64,000 bases of DNA from NCBI GenBank assembly GCA_051117475.1, contig JBNPEE010000032.1, positions 5,947 to 69,946 of the forward strand, written 5' to 3'. Both the position numbers and the translations under genes were made by a program. Below, piece by piece: positions 27,950-38,082 of the stretch (its first letter is position 1; each line of letters opens with the position of its first letter). The stretch comes from Anaerolineae bacterium. Lineage in GTDB: Bacteria; Chloroflexota; Anaerolineae; Aggregatilineales; Phototrophicaceae. A model generated the notes under the pieces. That model made no database searches. It saw nothing but the letters and a program-made list of their open reading frames with translations, and was not told the origin of the DNA.

Positions 27950-28435
27950 ATGGCAAAATATGATAAATACCCCGATATGGTGATCGATCCTGCCAAGAAT
28001 TATGTGGCGCATATTGATACCACTAAAGGCGTGATTAAGGTGCAATTGTTCGCTGACCGCGCCCCGAAAACGGTCAACAACTTCGTGTTTCTCGCCCGCG
28101 AAAAGTTCTACGATGGCGTGATCTTCCATCGTGTGATTAACAACTTCATGATTCAGGGAGGTGACCCAACCGGCACAGGGCGCGGTGGCCCCGGCTACCA
28201 ATGGGAAGATGAAAAATCCGCATTAGCAATCTCCCATGAAACCGGTAGCCTTAGCATGGCGAATGCCGGCCCCAATACCAACGGGAGCCAGTTTTTCATC
28301 ACGCACGCACCCCAACCGCACCTCAACGGCAAACATGCGGTCTTCGGTAAAGTAGTCAGCAGTGAGGATCAAGCCGTAGTGGATAGCATTGAGCAGATGG
28401 ACGTGATTAACACCATCACCATCGCCGAGAGCTAA
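27950..28435 (+). CDS. cyclophilin-type peptidyl-prolyl cis-trans isomerase
   Basis: [25 protein letters not shown] and [17 protein letters not shown] are canonical cyclophilin motifs. The start is set at ATG 27950 (MAKYDKY), preceded by GGGAG. Confidence 0.92.
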   Translation: MAKYDKYPDMVIDPAKNYVAHIDTTKGVIKVQLFADRAPKTVNNFVFLAREKFYDGVIFHRVINNFMIQGGDPTGTGRGGPGYQWEDEKSALAISHETGSLSMANAGPNTNGSQFFITHAPQPHLNGKHAVFGKVVSSEDQAVVDSIEQMDVINTITIAES

Positions 28436-28443
28436 AACCCCCA

Positions 28444-28473
28444 GGCGGGGCGCTCACTTCGTAGCGCTTCGCC
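28444..28473. terminator. possible bidirectional hairpin between convergent cyclophilin and kinase genes
   Basis: GGCGGGGCGCT...AGCGCTTCGCC can form an ~11-bp stem, including two G-U pairs, around an 8-nt loop. There is no clear U-tract on either strand. Confidence 0.35.
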
Positions 28474-28486
28474 CGTCACTCACTCA

Positions 28487-31400
28487 TCAGGGTGCAACAG
28501 CATCATCCTCGGTGATGTGCGCGATAGGTAACGTCGCTTTGAACACACTGCCATGATCACTGTTGCTATCTGCCACCCAAATATCGCCCCCATGCGCTTC
28601 TGTCACCAGCTTGCAGAAGGTCAATCCTAAGCCGACACCACGCCGTACTGTCTTGCGCCCTTCAATTTGCACATAGCGATCAAACAGGCGTTGTTTGTAA
28701 TCATCAGGGATGCCTGGCCCATTATCGACGACTTCCACCCGCACAAAATCAGGATCACTGACCAGCGCTCGCACGATGATGGTGCTCGATGCTGGACTAT
28801 ACTTGATAGCATTATCCACCAGATTGAGTATCATGCGTTCAACCTTGTCGGCGTCAATATTCAGCAACGGTAGATCGTCGCTGTATTCTGCGCTGATTGT
28901 CACATCGTGTTCTTCCGCGAGTGGGTCTAACTCACTTTTGACATTCTGTATCACTTGCTGAATCGGGCTTGGCGCACGTTCGAGTTTGATCTCGCCACTC
29001 TCCATCTTGGAAATATCCAGCAGAGAATCCACACGGCTTAACACCTTGCGAATAGCGCGACGGCTCATCGTCGTCGTTTGTTCGACAATCGGCGCAAATT
29101 CGGTATCTTTGGGCACGAGCTTTTGTAATAAGCCGAGGCTCGTCGTGACTGAGGTCAACGGACTGCGTAAATCATGCACGATCATCTGTGAGAGCGATTC
29201 GCGAGCAGCCGCGAGTTCATGTTCTTCTGATTTGTTGTAGAAGACCAGCATCACCCCGCTGACATGCCTATCTGTATCGCGCACCGCGATGATCTGTCGT
29301 TGAATATACCGTACCCCGAAGGACTCATCGTGGATTTCGTACTCATGGGGAGGGTAATTTTTCCACTCTTTGCCACGGTTATTGATGATGTTCAGCAAGG
29401 CTTGCGGGGTGCTGAACCCCAGACGGTGACCGAGCTTAAACTGCTCATCAGCTAGCAGGTGTTCCAGAGATTGCCCGATCAGGTCTTCGGGTTGTAATTC
29501 GATGATGCTGATATGCGGGTTGGTCTGAACAATTACGCCGTGTTCATCAATTAAGATGATGCCCTCTTGCATCGCATCGAGGATCACTTCCATGTTGTCA
29601 TGCGCTTCGCGGATGCGCTGGAACAGTTGAGTGTTATCGGCGGCGATCACAGTCTGGTTGGCGATCTGCGCCACGAAATGTCCATCGCCTTCACTATATA
29701 CGCCCGGCAGTTCACTCTCCAGCATGATGATGCCCAGCACATCCTTACCCTTCATGATCGGGGTAATGAGCATCGAGCGCGTCTGTGGGATCAAGGGTAA
29801 ATAGCCTGTCTCGCGGCGCGTGTCGCTGATACGCATCGCCTGCCCATTGCTCAGCACCCGTCCGGTTAAGCCCTGTTGCAAGAAATCTGCATCGGCGAAC
29901 ATATCCGCTGGATATCCCTGCTGGGCGGGCACATATAAATTGTCAAATTGACGATAGATTGCGATGAACCCCCGTGGCGAGCGCGTCGCTTCGAGGGCAT
30001 AGGTTAGCACGACATCATAAATTTTGTTGGTTTCCATCGCCGCGTTCAGCACGCGCCCCATCGCCGCTAGCACATACAATTGCTCAACGCGCTGTTCCAA
30101 CGCCTTATCTGCGGATTCGAAGCGCTGTGCGTTGTGAATCGCCTGTGCCGCTTGTGTCGCGAAGGCTTGTATCATGTCGATCTGTTCAGGATGATAACTC
30201 TGTGGTTTGTTGTAATACAGCACCAGCACACCGAGATTTTGTCCGCCAAAGCTCAACGGATGTTCGATGAAAGCGCGTTTGTGATTCTCACTCATCACCT
30301 GTCGTAGCGGTTGCGCCATCGGTTCATCGAGGTTACGGATTAATAATGATTGTGGTTGGATATACTCGTCCATGTTGGGCTTAATCATCTTCGTTGCCAA
30401 CAGGGGTGGTGGTGGCTTGAGATCGAATGTGTCGCTTAAGCCTGCACTACGCGCCAGGCTCAGCTGGTTATTGTTCGATTCATCAAAGAGGTACACGGAG
30501 ACCGCATCGGATTCTGCAATAGTCGATGCTGACGAGACCACCATATCAAGCACTTCTTTCGGTGCGAGCGTGCCGGTCAACAATGCCGTAACCTGATTCA
30601 ACGTTGCCAACTGTTCGGCGCGGATGCTTTTCTGCGAGTATAAGCGGGCATTTTCGATGGCGATACTCGTGCTGGCGACGATGATATTCAGGATGCGTAG
30701 GTCATCATTATCGAAGCGCCGTTGGTCGAAAGATTGCACCACAAACGCACCAATCGCATGGTTACCCGTCACTAGTGGCACGCCTAACCACGATTGGAAC
30801 GGTTTTCTCAAAGGATCCAAACCCATCGCCAACGCCCGCTGATTCACATCGGATTCGATCACCAACCCGATGTGCGTCTCCATAATATGTTCGATCAGCG
30901 GATAATCCGCAGGCAAGCTGTGTGCCTCGCGAATGTTGACTTCTTCACCGTTGCGGATCACAAACGGAAAGCCCATACGCATCTCAATTTCGTTGTACAG
31001 CACTACCGTAAAATTCTTCGTGTCTAATAATTGGCTGACCTGTACGTAGGTTGTGCGTAGCAAGCTATCGAGGTTGAGATTACCGCGCATCGCCTGTGTT
31101 GCTACGGATAGCGAACGCATCTCATCCAACTGGCGCAACAGGCGTTGTTGAGCTTGATAGAGGGCGAATAAGCCGAAGATTGTCAGCACCGCACCCAGCA
31201 TTGTGATACCGAAGAAAATAGCCGAGATGTCAATCTGTGCGACACTCGCCCCCAATACCGCAAAGGGTAAAGGTAGGATGAGGATGATCACCAATGATGA
31301 TGCATTCTCGCGCAATACGTGTCGCGCCGAGGTGTAAGCATGTAATTGCAAGATGAAGCTGAGGAAATAGAGCACAAAATAAACCCCGACACTCGCCAGT

Positions 31401-31879
31401 ATCGGGGCAGTTTGGCTGCTGAGATCAGTGCTATCGGTGATTGGTAAGGAAGCGTTGAACAGGCGAATGTAAACCAGACTTGCGGCGAAGTGCGCTAGCG
31501 TGACCCGCGAGGTAGCGTGGATCACAGTCACATACCAGGGCGGTTTTTCGTAACGACGGCTCTGTTGTTCGATCTGTGAGCGCAAGAGGCTACCCACTAA
31601 ACCGCCGATGAAAATCGCGAAGGTCATCATCGGCGCAATATCAGCCGGTAAAGAGAAGATCGCCAATAAACCGATGGCATGGGCAATGCTGATTTCACTG
31701 CGGAATAGCGGCACACTCAGCATGAGCGCGAAAGCGGTCAGCAGGGCATACGCCAATAATTCAACAATGCGAGCCGCGATTAATCCTCCATCGAAGGCTT
31801 GTGCGCTGATGACAAGGCTCGCTAAAGTGAGTATTGCGATGGTAACTAGGCTGATCTGATTGCTTAGCTTGCGTGACAT
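28487..31879 (-). CDS. polytopic membrane sensor histidine kinase (multi-TM - ~3 GAF - PAS - HisKA - HATPase)
   Basis: The N-terminal ~250 aa contain about 7-8 hydrophobic helices. GAF-like terminal helices are present (SIAIENARLYSQKS, AQAIHNAQRFESAD, VIAADNTQLFQRIRE). The PAS-like segment is MEVILDAMQEGIILIDEHGVIVQTN. The H-box is VHDLRSPLT, with LVDNAIKYS, DNGPGIP and GVGLGLTFCK. Confidence 0.9.
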   Translation of the reverse strand: MSRKLSNQISLVTIAILTLASLVISAQAFDGGLIAARIVELLAYALLTAFALMLSVPLFRSEISIAHAIGLLAIFSLPADIAPMMTFAIFIGGLVGSLLRSQIEQQSRRYEKPPWYVTVIHATSRVTLAHFAASLVYIRLFNASLPITDSTDLSSQTAPILASVGVYFVLYFLSFILQLHAYTSARHVLRENASSLVIILILPLPFAVLGASVAQIDISAIFFGITMLGAVLTIFGLFALYQAQQRLLRQLDEMRSLSVATQAMRGNLNLDSLLRTTYVQVSQLLDTKNFTVVLYNEIEMRMGFPFVIRNGEEVNIREAHSLPADYPLIEHIMETHIGLVIESDVNQRALAMGLDPLRKPFQSWLGVPLVTGNHAIGAFVVQSFDQRRFDNDDLRILNIIVASTSIAIENARLYSQKSIRAEQLATLNQVTALLTGTLAPKEVLDMVVSSASTIAESDAVSVYLFDESNNNQLSLARSAGLSDTFDLKPPPPLLATKMIKPNMDEYIQPQSLLIRNLDEPMAQPLRQVMSENHKRAFIEHPLSFGGQNLGVLVLYYNKPQSYHPEQIDMIQAFATQAAQAIHNAQRFESADKALEQRVEQLYVLAAMGRVLNAAMETNKIYDVVLTYALEATRSPRGFIAIYRQFDNLYVPAQQGYPADMFADADFLQQGLTGRVLSNGQAMRISDTRRETGYLPLIPQTRSMLITPIMKGKDVLGIIMLESELPGVYSEGDGHFVAQIANQTVIAADNTQLFQRIREAHDNMEVILDAMQEGIILIDEHGVIVQTNPHISIIELQPEDLIGQSLEHLLADEQFKLGHRLGFSTPQALLNIINNRGKEWKNYPPHEYEIHDESFGVRYIQRQIIAVRDTDRHVSGVMLVFYNKSEEHELAAARESLSQMIVHDLRSPLTSVTTSLGLLQKLVPKDTEFAPIVEQTTTMSRRAIRKVLSRVDSLLDISKMESGEIKLERAPSPIQQVIQNVKSELDPLAEEHDVTISAEYSDDLPLLNIDADKVERMILNLVDNAIKYSPASSTIIVRALVSDPDFVRVEVVDNGPGIPDDYKQRLFDRYVQIEGRKTVRRGVGLGLTFCKLVTEAHGGDIWVADSNSDHGSVFKATLPIAHITEDDAVAP

Positions 31880-31991
31880 AATTTACCTGATGCTCTGTTT
31901 ACATACAGTGTGGTATCGGGATTGATACGCTACTTCTTGTGGGGCGTTTCCATCCCTCACGCGGGGCGCTGATGTGAGTATGAGCAATCAC

Positions 31992-34900
31992 TCACGATAC
32001 AATCTCTTGTTCGATCTGTCGCCAATCAATCACCGGTACAGTGAATGTGAAGGATGCGCCGTCTAATGGACTGCTTTTATCAACCCAGATGCTCCCGCCA
32101 TGCGCTTCAATGGCGAGTTTGCAGAAGTTCAACCCTAGACCAGTTCCTTTACCGCCAGCACGCGGTTTCTGCCCGTCGATCTGGACAAATTGCCCGAAGA
32201 TCCGTTCGCGCTGTTCCGGTGGAATGCCCGGCCCATTATCGGCAACCTGTACTTGAATATACCCCTCATCGTTGACTTCTGACAACATTTGAACCAGAAC
32301 TTTACCGCCAACCGGTGTGAATTTGAAGGCATTATGCATGAGATTGACCAGCACACGCTGAATCAGACTCTCATCCACAAAGACCAGCTGATCGTCATGT
32401 ACGTCGATTTTAACGGTAATATTGGCATCGATGAAGTTCGCCGATAGCATCGTATAAGCTGTTTCGGCAATCTCACGTATTAGGATCGATTGCGGTTGAA
32501 CAGCCATCTGATTGATCATCGGCAGATCACGCAGGGTATCAATCTGGCGCAGGAGATCTTCAGCACTGTTGAGCGATGCGGCGAACGTTTCGTCCAATGA
32601 GGCTTTCAATTCCTCAAAATCGCCATCATAAAACGTCAGTATGTTCTCTGCGATGTACATACTGGTGACGATAGCAGTCAGCGGACTGCGCAGATCATGT
32701 AAGACCATACTCTGCATGGTCTCGCGGAAGTTCTGCAATTCTTTTTCTTCGGTGATGTCACGCAATACCAGCAAATATCCCCGAATGATCCCGCCATCAT
32801 CGCGTACTTGTGTCACTAGCAATTTAACATGTACCGTCTCATGCTCATGCTGAAAGCTCACGATGCGGTTGTCGATATTTTCCGGCGTTTCTTCATAACT
32901 GGTGATGATCTCTTGCCAGGTATGCAGTGTCGCTTGCTGATGTGTGGGTAAAGTTAGCATTGCCGTTAAAGGTTGTAGCAAATAGGCTTGCAGGTCAATT
33001 CCTGTCAGTAAGGTTGCGGCGCTGTTTACATCCTGGATACGTCCACCGGTATCGAGCAAGATAATCCCATCACGGGTTGAATCTAATATCGCCCGCATAC
33101 GGTCATTGCTGGTGGTGATTGCGCTGTTCAACATCACGTTCTCCAGATGACCGGCAATTTGTACCATCAGCAGGTCAATCGAATGATGATCGTTGACTGT
33201 GAACTGTTGTGCCTCATGGTAAGCAATCACCACAACCTCACACACCTGTTGCCGCCGCGTGATCGGCATCACAATTAAGCCCTGATAGGGCACGGCTTGC
33301 CCATCAGCGTGAAGGTGCCGGGTATCTCTGATAAACTGCACACGTTCTTGAGCGTAGCTTTGCGTGAGCAATTGTATCGGTAATGTGTCTTGTGATGCGG
33401 TGGGTTGTCCCAGATGCGCATCCCAACGGCGTATTAAGTGAGCGTCCGTCTGGCTCTCATCATAACGATAAAGCAGGGTGATATCCGCCTGTAACATGGC
33501 GCTGGTAGCGCGTAAGATCGCATCATAGACGGTTTCAGAGTGCATAACATTCAGCGCATCCAGCGATAAGGTGCGTAATTCGTTCAGAGTGATGATTTGT
33601 TGTTCACGTTCGCTGAGCAGGTTGGTGTTATCAATGCTGATTGCTGTGTGTCCCGCTAGGCTCTGGATGAAACTCGCTTGCTCTCTGGTGAAGAAGTTGT
33701 ACGCGGCACTCTCGATAGTAATGACCCCGATCACTTTATTGCGCGCGATCATCGGCACGTACAACGAACTGCGAAAGGTCTTTGCGGACGCAATTGGGTG
33801 AAAATACGCCGGAAAATCATCGTGATTGGGTATGATCAGCACTTCACCTGTCTGCGCGACATGATTAACAGCACTATCCATCAGGCTGATCGTGGTTTGA
33901 TGGGGCATAAGCTGATCCCCAACAAGTTCTCGCCAGACAATTTCAAAAGTTGCCAGTTTTTCATTGACCAACAGCGCGATTGAAGCAAAATCGGATTGTG
34001 TCGATTGGATACAGGCTTCTAATACTTTCTCGATGATCTGGTCAAATTCGAGTGATTCGGAAATCTGTTGGGTGATCTCCTCAATCACCGTTAATTGTTG
34101 CAGGCGGTTCGCTAGCTGTGCCTGCGTCTTAGCATGAACGCGGGCATTATGAATCTGCACGGCGATTTGATGGTTTGCCATCTCCAGCAAGCGGAAATCA
34201 TTCTCATGATACTCACGTGGCCGGGAATTGCCTAGCAAGATTACACCGACTTGACTCTCTTTGAGGTGCATCGGTGATACGATCAAAGCCTGATCACTGT
34301 ATGCCGACATATATGCTTGTAAGCCGGCTGAACGTGTGGTGTCAACCTGTCGATAGATTTGCGCGTTGGTCGCACGTTCTTCTCGCATTGCCGCCAATTC
34401 TGGAATCGTCATCACGTCGATCAGATGAGTGTGTAATTGATTCGGTGCTTGTTCATCAGGCATTTTGATCTCTAACAACGCTAGATCCGCTGACCAGATA
34501 CCAATCGCTACCCGTGAAACGTGAATCATCTGCGTCAGAATATCGCATACGTCATGGATGATGCGATCCAAATCGAGCGTACTGCCTGCAATACGCGATA
34601 ATTGCACCAGTTGCGCTTGCTCCGACGCGTATAACTCCAATGCCTGTAATAGTTCTGCGTTATCCAGCGCCGCCATGATCTGACTGGTCAGCATCTCCAA
34701 CATATGCACTTCGGGCGGTTCATAGAAGTAAGGCGCATCATGATAAACGTTCAAACTGCCGACTACCAACGCACCATTGCGTAGTGGAACCTGTAAACAT
34801 GCTTGAAATTGTGCCGTTTCCGCCTGTTGAATCAGGAATGAATCGTCGCTCTCTGTGACATCGTTGATGATGCGTGTGGCGTAGTCGAAGCGCATGGGGT

Positions 34901-36335
34901 GTTGTATGTGCGGCAAGTGTCCTGCTTCAAAACCAACAGATTCAGCGAGCGTCATTTGCCCCGTTTCCGTATCGATCAAGAATAACGCGGCTTTATCGGT
35001 GTGGGTGATCTCGCTGGCAATCTGGCAGACTGATTTGAACGCACTGCGCCGATCTAAGTTAAACATGACCCCCTGTAAAGATTGGTTGATGATCGACAAA
35101 TTATCAGCGAGCCGCACACTACGATCGTAGAGCATCGCGTTACGAATGGCGAGGCTTGCCTGCCGGCTAATCGTCTGAAATAGGGTGAAATCATGTTCAG
35201 AGAAGGCATCGGTGCGTGTGGCATGTGTGACACCCAGCAAGCCAATGACCTTCACGCTGACCATCAACGGCGCAATCATATATTGTGCCTCTTGTAACGC
35301 GCTTGAATCGCTCATATTGCGCAGACGACGTTGTGCTTCGTCCTGTGTGTAGCGGATTGCCTGTTTTTCCTGTATCACGTATTGCTCTAAGCTCGGTGAT
35401 AACTCATGCTTATCCCACTGCACCGCTTGACCATCTACCATCACCAGCGAATACTCCAACGTGTTTTGATCGTCGTTGTAGATGGCAATGTAGATGGTGC
35501 TAGCATTGAGCAGTTGATTTAACTCTTGATAGACTGCTTCAATCGCCCCGTGCATCGATAAATAAGTCGACATCTCACCACCGAGATGATTCAGTGAGCG
35601 AATTTCCTGCAAATTCTGTTGAAGTTGCGTCTCTTTTTGTTTGACCTGTGCCTGTCGATAAATTTGCGTGGCGATCAGCATCAAAATCACCAGGAAGGCT
35701 AAGATATTTGCCTGTACATAAATCACTGGCAGAACCACACTTGTTAGCAAAACTGAGCCTTCAGAGAGAAGGAAGGCTAGTGGTCTGGTGAAGATCTGGC
35801 GTGGTGAAACATGATAGACCATCAAGCTGAGCAAAATCGTACTCAGCGCTGTGCTGGTTAGCAATGCCAGCCACAATGGGATCACACTCTGATACCTGCC
35901 AGCATCGTCTAGCACTGGCACAGCACCGCCACTCATGTTGTACACGAGATAGAAGGCGATGAGGCTCAGGGTGCTATTGATGAACCCATTGTGCCACGCA
36001 CGCCATGATACCGGTGTTTGCCAGCGACCATAAATGCCGGCGATCCCCATGCCAATCACTGCCACCCATAGCGAGGCACCCCAACCAATCAGCACCCACA
36101 CCACAACCATCGGCAAGCGTATCAAGCCTGTCCACACCAGATCACGATGGCGCATGTTGACACCTAATGCCATACCATAAATGATCGCCAGACAAGCCAT
36201 ACTCAACAGATGGTTCGTTGTCCAATCTGTTTGCAAGAGTGCTGGCAAAGCAAAAAGCGCCACGACAAGCAAACTAGTCGTCAGGATGTAGTGAAAATGA
36301 GTTCGGATGTGGTTCAAATCAGATATATATCGCAC
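31992..36335 (-). CDS. polytopic membrane sensor histidine kinase (multi-TM - ~5 GAF - PAS - HisKA - HATPase), paralog of 28487-31879
   Basis: The N-terminal ~230 aa are polytopic. Several GAF-like modules are present (SLAIRNAMLYDRS, MAALDNAELLQAL, AVQIHNARVHAKT, AISIDNTNLLSERE). The PAS-like segment is MRAILDSTRDGIILLDTGGRIQDVN. The H-box is LHDLRSPLT, with LMHNAFKFT, DNGPGIP and GTGLGLNFCK. Confidence 0.9.
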   Translation of the reverse strand: MRYISDLNHIRTHFHYILTTSLLVVALFALPALLQTDWTTNHLLSMACLAIIYGMALGVNMRHRDLVWTGLIRLPMVVVWVLIGWGASLWVAVIGMGIAGIYGRWQTPVSWRAWHNGFINSTLSLIAFYLVYNMSGGAVPVLDDAGRYQSVIPLWLALLTSTALSTILLSLMVYHVSPRQIFTRPLAFLLSEGSVLLTSVVLPVIYVQANILAFLVILMLIATQIYRQAQVKQKETQLQQNLQEIRSLNHLGGEMSTYLSMHGAIEAVYQELNQLLNASTIYIAIYNDDQNTLEYSLVMVDGQAVQWDKHELSPSLEQYVIQEKQAIRYTQDEAQRRLRNMSDSSALQEAQYMIAPLMVSVKVIGLLGVTHATRTDAFSEHDFTLFQTISRQASLAIRNAMLYDRSVRLADNLSIINQSLQGVMFNLDRRSAFKSVCQIASEITHTDKAALFLIDTETGQMTLAESVGFEAGHLPHIQHPMRFDYATRIINDVTESDDSFLIQQAETAQFQACLQVPLRNGALVVGSLNVYHDAPYFYEPPEVHMLEMLTSQIMAALDNAELLQALELYASEQAQLVQLSRIAGSTLDLDRIIHDVCDILTQMIHVSRVAIGIWSADLALLEIKMPDEQAPNQLHTHLIDVMTIPELAAMREERATNAQIYRQVDTTRSAGLQAYMSAYSDQALIVSPMHLKESQVGVILLGNSRPREYHENDFRLLEMANHQIAVQIHNARVHAKTQAQLANRLQQLTVIEEITQQISESLEFDQIIEKVLEACIQSTQSDFASIALLVNEKLATFEIVWRELVGDQLMPHQTTISLMDSAVNHVAQTGEVLIIPNHDDFPAYFHPIASAKTFRSSLYVPMIARNKVIGVITIESAAYNFFTREQASFIQSLAGHTAISIDNTNLLSEREQQIITLNELRTLSLDALNVMHSETVYDAILRATSAMLQADITLLYRYDESQTDAHLIRRWDAHLGQPTASQDTLPIQLLTQSYAQERVQFIRDTRHLHADGQAVPYQGLIVMPITRRQQVCEVVVIAYHEAQQFTVNDHHSIDLLMVQIAGHLENVMLNSAITTSNDRMRAILDSTRDGIILLDTGGRIQDVNSAATLLTGIDLQAYLLQPLTAMLTLPTHQQATLHTWQEIITSYEETPENIDNRIVSFQHEHETVHVKLLVTQVRDDGGIIRGYLLVLRDITEEKELQNFRETMQSMVLHDLRSPLTAIVTSMYIAENILTFYDGDFEELKASLDETFAASLNSAEDLLRQIDTLRDLPMINQMAVQPQSILIREIAETAYTMLSANFIDANITVKIDVHDDQLVFVDESLIQRVLVNLMHNAFKFTPVGGKVLVQMLSEVNDEGYIQVQVADNGPGIPPEQRERIFGQFVQIDGQKPRAGGKGTGLGLNFCKLAIEAHGGSIWVDKSSPLDGASFTFTVPVIDWRQIEQEIVS

Positions 36336-36478
36336 AGATATTGTTGTTGTGTTTTACACACAACCCATAATTTTAGCGTAGCGGTCACCATAACCAATAC
36401 TTTGATTATAAGAGTAGTCAACGTCCTTGAACCATAAGAAATGTTTATCGCGGGCACCTGATGATTATCCCTGTTCGT

Positions 36479-37951
36479 TCAAGAGTCTGTGATAGACGGC
36501 GTTAGGTCACGTTCTGATGCCGTTCGATGGTAACGTGCGAGTGTGTATTGTGCCCCGATTAGTCCGATCAACCACCACAAAACGAACTGCAAGCGATCCC
36601 AAAGCGCGATGGTATCCCCTACACCATAGACCGCGTGTGCCAGTAAACCCGCGCCCATGGCTAGCGCCACCGTTCGGCTGAGTTGATCACCATAATGCCA
36701 GCCCTGCCAGATCATCCAGGCAGTTGTGACCTGCATACCAATGAAGAGCAATAGACCGATCACGCCCATCTCAGCGCCGATGTGCAACCATTCGTTATGC
36801 GCGTGTGGGGGCATTGGTAGGTCATTTTCTACATAGTAGGGGATCAAATAAGCCTCCTGTTGAATGGCAGTGCGATACATGTACATCCCTACGCCTGCCA
36901 GAGGGTAATCGCGCATCATCTCGGCACTGCGTTGCCAGATTGCTTGACGTGTGATGACTGATTCTGCATCACGGTCGGATAAACCGGCGCTTTGTGGTTG
37001 TGCCAATCCGAACATCACGCTGATTTGTACCAGCAATAACAGGGCTAGACCACCGAATGCCACGCCACGCCAGCGCCAACTTCTTAAGCTGAACCAACTA
37101 ATGAGCGCCAGAGATAGCATCACACCCGCAATTGCGAACCGACTCTGCCCGAAGATCAAAGCCAGCAAACCAATTGTACCCGCCACGCCAGATACCCCGC
37201 GCAAGATCTGCCAGCCCATGCCTTGATTGGGTTCATCTGTGCGTGAGGGTGCGCCCATCGCCAGCCCGATCATCGCCGGAACTATCCATGCCAGCGCCCC
37301 ACCTATCTCGTTGACATTGAATGACAAGAATGACCACTGCATTAAATCTGACGGATTGAAGCAGGCTTCACGATGTACCAGATCAACCCATGCCCCACAG
37401 ACCTGCCCATCAAGCGAGTTGGCAAAGGTGCGATAATCAAAGCGGGGTAAACGGCTAATGATGCCCCACAAGAGACGGCTTTTTTCCTCTAACCATTGCG
37501 AGCTAACTAATGCGATTACACTTAGGCTAGTACCCATGCCAACAAAGAGCATCAACGCCGGCATCAAGTGCCGTGTGGCGCGTGTGAGTTCAACAAAGTA
37601 AATATACGTCCAGATACCCAACAACGGGCGACCCATCGGAGCAAGCAAACTCTCGCGTTGGAGCCATGCCTGACTATAACTGAACACCCCCCACAGCACG
37701 AAGGCAATCAACCAATCATGTAATGGGGTGCGCGTCCAGATACGCCCGGTTAAGCGCAGGCGTAGCGCAAAGATAGGTACAGCTAACCACAATAACCAGA
37801 ACCATGCATCGCGTAAGCCTAGTGATGGATCAATCGGATACCAGAATGCGACTGTGATGCCCCCTAAGATCAAGCCCTCAGCGATAAGAACGATCTTATA
37901 TATCAGCTTAATATCTTGTAGCATATTTATTAATGATTTATCTGTGCTCAA
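36479..37951 (-). CDS. O-antigen ligase (Wzy_C)-like polytopic membrane protein
   Basis: The protein has about 10-12 hydrophobic helices. The motif PHAHNEWLHIGAEMGVIGLLLF matches the H-x-H-N-x-[YW]-L...E-x-G loop typical of O-antigen ligase or polymerase family proteins. Confidence 0.65.
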   Translation of the reverse strand: MSTDKSLINMLQDIKLIYKIVLIAEGLILGGITVAFWYPIDPSLGLRDAWFWLLWLAVPIFALRLRLTGRIWTRTPLHDWLIAFVLWGVFSYSQAWLQRESLLAPMGRPLLGIWTYIYFVELTRATRHLMPALMLFVGMGTSLSVIALVSSQWLEEKSRLLWGIISRLPRFDYRTFANSLDGQVCGAWVDLVHREACFNPSDLMQWSFLSFNVNEIGGALAWIVPAMIGLAMGAPSRTDEPNQGMGWQILRGVSGVAGTIGLLALIFGQSRFAIAGVMLSLALISWFSLRSWRWRGVAFGGLALLLLVQISVMFGLAQPQSAGLSDRDAESVITRQAIWQRSAEMMRDYPLAGVGMYMYRTAIQQEAYLIPYYVENDLPMPPHAHNEWLHIGAEMGVIGLLLFIGMQVTTAWMIWQGWHYGDQLSRTVALAMGAGLLAHAVYGVGDTIALWDRLQFVLWWLIGLIGAQYTLARYHRTASERDLTPSITDS

Positions 37952-38082
37952 TCGAATTCCTTACATACAAGATTGTAATGGATTGTTATTATTAATCACT
38001 TATGTTAATATAACAGCATATAAATAGCGTTGTAAAAAGGTATCGTGCATCATCTTAAAAAACAGGATCTGAAGAGGCTTAC

